A stretch of DNA of 64,000 nt from Thermodesulfobacteriota bacterium (GTDB lineage Bacteria > Desulfobacterota_D > UBA1144 > Nemesobacterales > UBA2774): NCBI GenBank assembly GCA_963422265.1, contig OY729416.1:96001-160000 (forward strand), read 5' to 3'. Under the pieces are notes generated by a model. That model made no database searches and was not told where the DNA came from. It worked only from the letters and a program-made list of their open reading frames with translations. Position numbers and translations under genes: made by a program. Shown here in pieces: positions 60,581 to 64,000 of the stretch. Numbering within the stretch: position 1 is the first letter of the stretch; each line of letters starts with the position of its first letter.

Positions 60581-62263
60581 TCACATCTCTTCTGGCGTGG
60601 ATATGCCTAACAATCTGAGTCCGTTGCTCAAAACGATCCGAACGCACTTAACTAGGTGAAGCCTAGCACTACTTAGTGCCTGATTTTCATTAACAATTCT
60701 ACACTTATTATAATAAACGTGGAAATCCGCTGCAATTTCCTGAAGGTAATACGCCACTTTATGAGGTGCTAGGCGTAAAGCCCCTTCTTCAACCGCTTTG
60801 GGGAAGAGCAGAAGTTTTTTAATAAGCTCAATCTCTTGAGAGTCTCTAAGGAGATTCAACGAGCTAGCTAATGGATGTAAGTCCACCTCTTTTGCTTTCC
60901 TAAATATGCTATTAATTCTTACGTACGCATACTGTATATAGTAAACCGGGTTCTCGCTAGATTCTTTCCTAGCTAAACCCAGATCGAAATCCAAGTGGCT
61001 CTCAGAACTTCGCATGAGAAGAAAATAACGAGTTACGTCAGCACCTACTTCATTTATAACGTCGCGCATTGTGACGTAGCTCCCTGCTCGTTTAGACATA
61101 GGGACCTCTTTGCCGTTTTCCATAAGCCTTACAAATTGGATCAGCACGACGTTTAATTTTGAATCATCATACCCCAATGCCCTTAGCGCAGCCTTAAGGC
61201 GGGATACGTGACCGTGATGATCCGCTCCCCATACGTTAATTAGATTTTGATAACCCCTTTCTAATTTATCGCAATGGTAAGCTATATCGGCAAGAAAATA
61301 GGTAGGCGATCCATCGCTTTTAACCATTACCCAATCCTGAGAGTCTCCATATTCAGAAGCCTTAAACCAAAGGGCTCCGTCCTTGTTCTCTAAGGCGCCC
61401 TTCCGCTCTAACTGATCTTTGGTTCTGTCGAGTCTTGTTTTATCTTCAGCATTGAGGTAAGGGCTATGAATCTTGTCGAGTTCGCTATACCACTCATCAA
61501 AATAAACCCCGATTCTTTTCAAATCAATGTTAATACCCTCTAAAAGGGTTGAAGAGGCATAGTTCCTTGAGTAGGATAGGGCGTCTTCCTCAGTCATATC
61601 CTTTAGCAAGCCGTTACCCTTTTCATCATTGATTGCTTTTGCTATTTTTCTTATATAATCACCTTTGTAGCCATCTTCCGGGATTTGAGATTCCTCGCCG
61701 ACAAACTCTTTGTATCTAGCGTAAACCGATTGTCCTAGAAGGCGTATCTGCCTTCCTGCGTCATTTATGTAGAACTCTCTTGTAATTTGATGACCGGTAG
61801 CTTTCAGCAAACTTGATATTGTGTCTCCAACGACGGCGTTTCGGGCGTGACCCATGTGGAGATAGCCAGTAGGATTCGCACTTACGAACTCGACCAAGAC
61901 TTTCTTATTCTTCCCGATGTCAATATAACCAAACTCTTCTCCCAAGCTATCAATTTCATTGAGCTTATTTACTATAGCCTGCTCTTTGACAAAAAAGTTT
62001 ATAAATCCAGCCCCCGCTATTTCAATTTTCTTAAATAGGGAGTTTTTCTCCTCGGGTAGATTTTCAATTATAAGCTCCGCCGTACGACGGGAGTTTTCTC
62101 CCATTCTCTTTGCGAGAATCATAGCTGTATTTACCGAGAAATCACCGAACTCCTTCCTCTTCGGCACGTCAACGTCAACCATTAGGTTTAGATCGTCTAA
62201 ACCAACCTTAACCCTTATATTCTCAACGGATTCAGCTACAATTCTTTCTATATCTTCTTTCAT
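60581..62263 (-). CDS. argS: Arginine--tRNA ligase
   Basis: AGAGFINF, EFVSANPTGYLHMGH, GADHHG, MSKRAG and NPVYYIQYA motifs. ATG 62263 preferred over 62347. Confidence 0.97.
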   Translation of the reverse strand: MKEDIERIVAESVENIRVKVGLDDLNLMVDVDVPKRKEFGDFSVNTAMILAKRMGENSRRTAELIIENLPEEKNSLFKKIEIAGAGFINFFVKEQAIVNKLNEIDSLGEEFGYIDIGKNKKVLVEFVSANPTGYLHMGHARNAVVGDTISSLLKATGHQITREFYINDAGRQIRLLGQSVYARYKEFVGEESQIPEDGYKGDYIRKIAKAINDEKGNGLLKDMTEEDALSYSRNYASSTLLEGINIDLKRIGVYFDEWYSELDKIHSPYLNAEDKTRLDRTKDQLERKGALENKDGALWFKASEYGDSQDWVMVKSDGSPTYFLADIAYHCDKLERGYQNLINVWGADHHGHVSRLKAALRALGYDDSKLNVVLIQFVRLMENGKEVPMSKRAGSYVTMRDVINEVGADVTRYFLLMRSSESHLDFDLGLARKESSENPVYYIQYAYVRINSIFRKAKEVDLHPLASSLNLLRDSQEIELIKKLLLFPKAVEEGALRLAPHKVAYYLQEIAADFHVYYNKCRIVNENQALSSARLHLVKCVRIVLSNGLRLLGISTPEEM

Positions 62264-62354
62264 TTCAGATCGGAAGATTACACCATATATTGATTCAAGC
62301 CGCAAGAAGCCGAAGCGTTTAGGTCTCGCAATATTCTTGCTGCGCAATTAAAAC

Positions 62355-62975
62355 TCAGGGGATGGTCGCCATAGGGGTAAGGTGCGATAAGTTGTTCAGT
62401 TCTTTTATTTTAATTTCTCCTCTTTCGCAAACGATTAAGTTCTTACAGGAAGCCTGCAGATCGAAATGGCGGAAACTCTTGAGTCCCAAACCCGTGATTT
62501 TGCACAATAAAGTTACAATTGCTAGATTGTGACTAACTATAACTATGGTTTCTCCCTCGTGCTTTTTAAGGACTTTTTCAAAATATTCCCATACTCTCTC
62601 CTGCACTTGACTTAGTGATTCTCCCTTAGGTAGTACTAATTTTTCCGGATCCTCACGCCACTTTTTGAGAATATGAGCGTACCTTTCCTTTATCTCCTCG
62701 AATTCAAGTCCTTCGAACTCCCCCTGGTTCATTTCTCTCAAGTCGGCATCAACTTTTACAGGCAAACGGTGATGACTCGCAATTTGCCGCGCGGTTTCAT
62801 AGGCTCTTTTAAGATCACTGGAATAAATGGCGGAGATCTTTTCGTTTCTAAGTGAATTTGCTAGTTCTCTAACCTGTTTCCTTCCGTTTTGGTTTAATAC
62901 TATATCAGAAACTCCTTGGCATCTGCCAGTGCGGTTCCAATCCGTTTCTCCATGTCGTATCAGTATCAGATTCAT
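62355..62975 (-). CDS. Histidine phosphatase (phosphoglycerate mutase superfamily)
   Basis: LIRHGET, SSDLKRA, LRE and VSH motifs. Confidence 0.92.
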   Translation of the reverse strand: MNLILIRHGETDWNRTGRCQGVSDIVLNQNGRKQVRELANSLRNEKISAIYSSDLKRAYETARQIASHHRLPVKVDADLREMNQGEFEGLEFEEIKERYAHILKKWREDPEKLVLPKGESLSQVQERVWEYFEKVLKKHEGETIVIVSHNLAIVTLLCKITGLGLKSFRHFDLQASCKNLIVCERGEIKIKELNNLSHLTPMATIP

Positions 62976-63032
62976 TTTCAGTCTCTACCGAGTTGTAAGG
63001 CGACAAAAGAGGCTATACGTCCGCTCGCCAGA

Positions 63033-63944
63033 TTAGAATGGCTCGTTTCTAAACGGGACAACTATACCCTCGGTTCTAGCCTCCTTCGCAAGTTTAGGAG
63101 GTGGAGCGGGTAGCGGCGCGGACTTATAAATTGCATTTAAGCAATAATGATCAAACGCGACGTTTCCTGAAGATTCTTCTACCCTTACTTTATAGACTCT
63201 GCCCATCTGATCAATCTTAAAAAATATAAGTGCAACGAGGCTTCCGTCTGTAGGCACGCCAGGTGGGATATTCCAACTAAGGCGTATCCTCTGATGCACC
63301 TGAGCGGTAAACAATTGGCTTATTAATGGGTTTACCAACGAACCCGCGGGTGATTCTCGAGAATCTTTACCCTCTACTCCTTCGATTTTTTTATCAGACT
63401 TCGCCAATTGTATCTTCCTTTCCCCTCCTTCTTTACTTTTTCTGTTTAAGTCTTCCAGCACCTTTTCTCTTTGAATGTTCTTAATTATTCTTTCTCGCTC
63501 TTTCTCAAAATCTCTTTTTTTAGTCGGTTTGGGCTTAGGCTTAGGCTTTTCGGATACCTTTTTTTTCTCGGGCTTTTGTTTGATTTTGCTTTTCTTCTCT
63601 TCCTTTTTTTTCTTTTTGGTCTCTAAAGGAACTACCTCTTTTTTCTCAGGTTGTGAAGAATGAGAATTAACCTCTTCCCGTTCCTTTTTAATCTTTCTGG
63701 GATCAGGCGCGGATTTCTCCGCGTTGGCGGGAGGCTTTGATTTATCAACGCTAACTTTATCAAGTTCGGAGAGTGACACTTGAATAGGAGCTTCCTTACT
63801 AACAACGTAATTGGTAACCGTTCTAAATCCCCAGAAAAAAACCAGTGCTAACACAACCGCGTGTAAAGCTATTGAAAGGAAGGCTCCACCAAATGACGAG
63901 CCTTTCGAAGAATCGCTGTTTGATGATTTCATGTCCCCGTTCAT
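63033..63944 (-). CDS. TolA/TonB family protein
   Basis: SxxLH TM motif (SIALH), Lys/Glu-rich linker and C-terminal SSGN..FD..A..APLP domain. Confidence 0.85.
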   Translation of the reverse strand: MNGDMKSSNSDSSKGSSFGGAFLSIALHAVVLALVFFWGFRTVTNYVVSKEAPIQVSLSELDKVSVDKSKPPANAEKSAPDPRKIKKEREEVNSHSSQPEKKEVVPLETKKKKKEEKKSKIKQKPEKKKVSEKPKPKPKPTKKRDFEKERERIIKNIQREKVLEDLNRKSKEGGERKIQLAKSDKKIEGVEGKDSRESPAGSLVNPLISQLFTAQVHQRIRLSWNIPPGVPTDGSLVALIFFKIDQMGRVYKVRVEESSGNVAFDHYCLNAIYKSAPLPAPPPKLAKEARTEGIVVPFRNEPF

Positions 63945-63950
63945 CTTCAG

Positions 63951-64000
63951 TTATCTCTTGGGATTAGGTTCCGTTATAAGCCCTAGATTGGATACTCCCG
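63951..64000 (-). CDS. TolR/ExbD C-terminus (partial)
   Basis: Translates GVSNLGLITEPNPKR*, directly upstream of the tolA-like gene. Confidence 0.7.
   Translation of the reverse strand, partial: GVSNLGLITEPNPKR

Overview
This is a 64-kb chromosomal segment of a moderately AT-rich, deltaproteobacterium-like bacterium. Protein style and gene content suggest Ca. Dadabacteria / Desulfobacterota_D, possibly host- or sponge-associated (inference only). Most of it is housekeeping: ctpA, dksA, dapB, tgt-yajC-secDF, pheS, folK, folD, thiD, etfBA, queG, argBDF, cofGH, nfo, bcp, secA, smc, dnaB, aroC, yicC, sucD, birA, greA, carB, argS and tolRA. I found no tRNA, rRNA, CRISPR array, integrase or transposase. 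The non-routine content is: (1) a family of modular, nested palindromic (REP/REPIN-like) intergenic cassettes; (2) a self-contained ~4.7-kb island bracketed by two direct copies of that cassette, encoding a large secreted GLUG/Ig-like repeat protein with a C24 tract in its signal-peptide region and a 16-bp duplication that splits the frame; (3) a helically phased DnaA-box array between folK and folD with no dnaA nearby; (4) a SecA insert resembling the Thermotogales/Aquificales signature insert; (5) a frameshifted fibronectin-III remnant; (6) two adjacent genes that appear to need ATA/ATT start codons; (7) two probable pseudo-enzymes; and (8) perfect palindromic operator candidates upstream of a TetR gene and of cofG.
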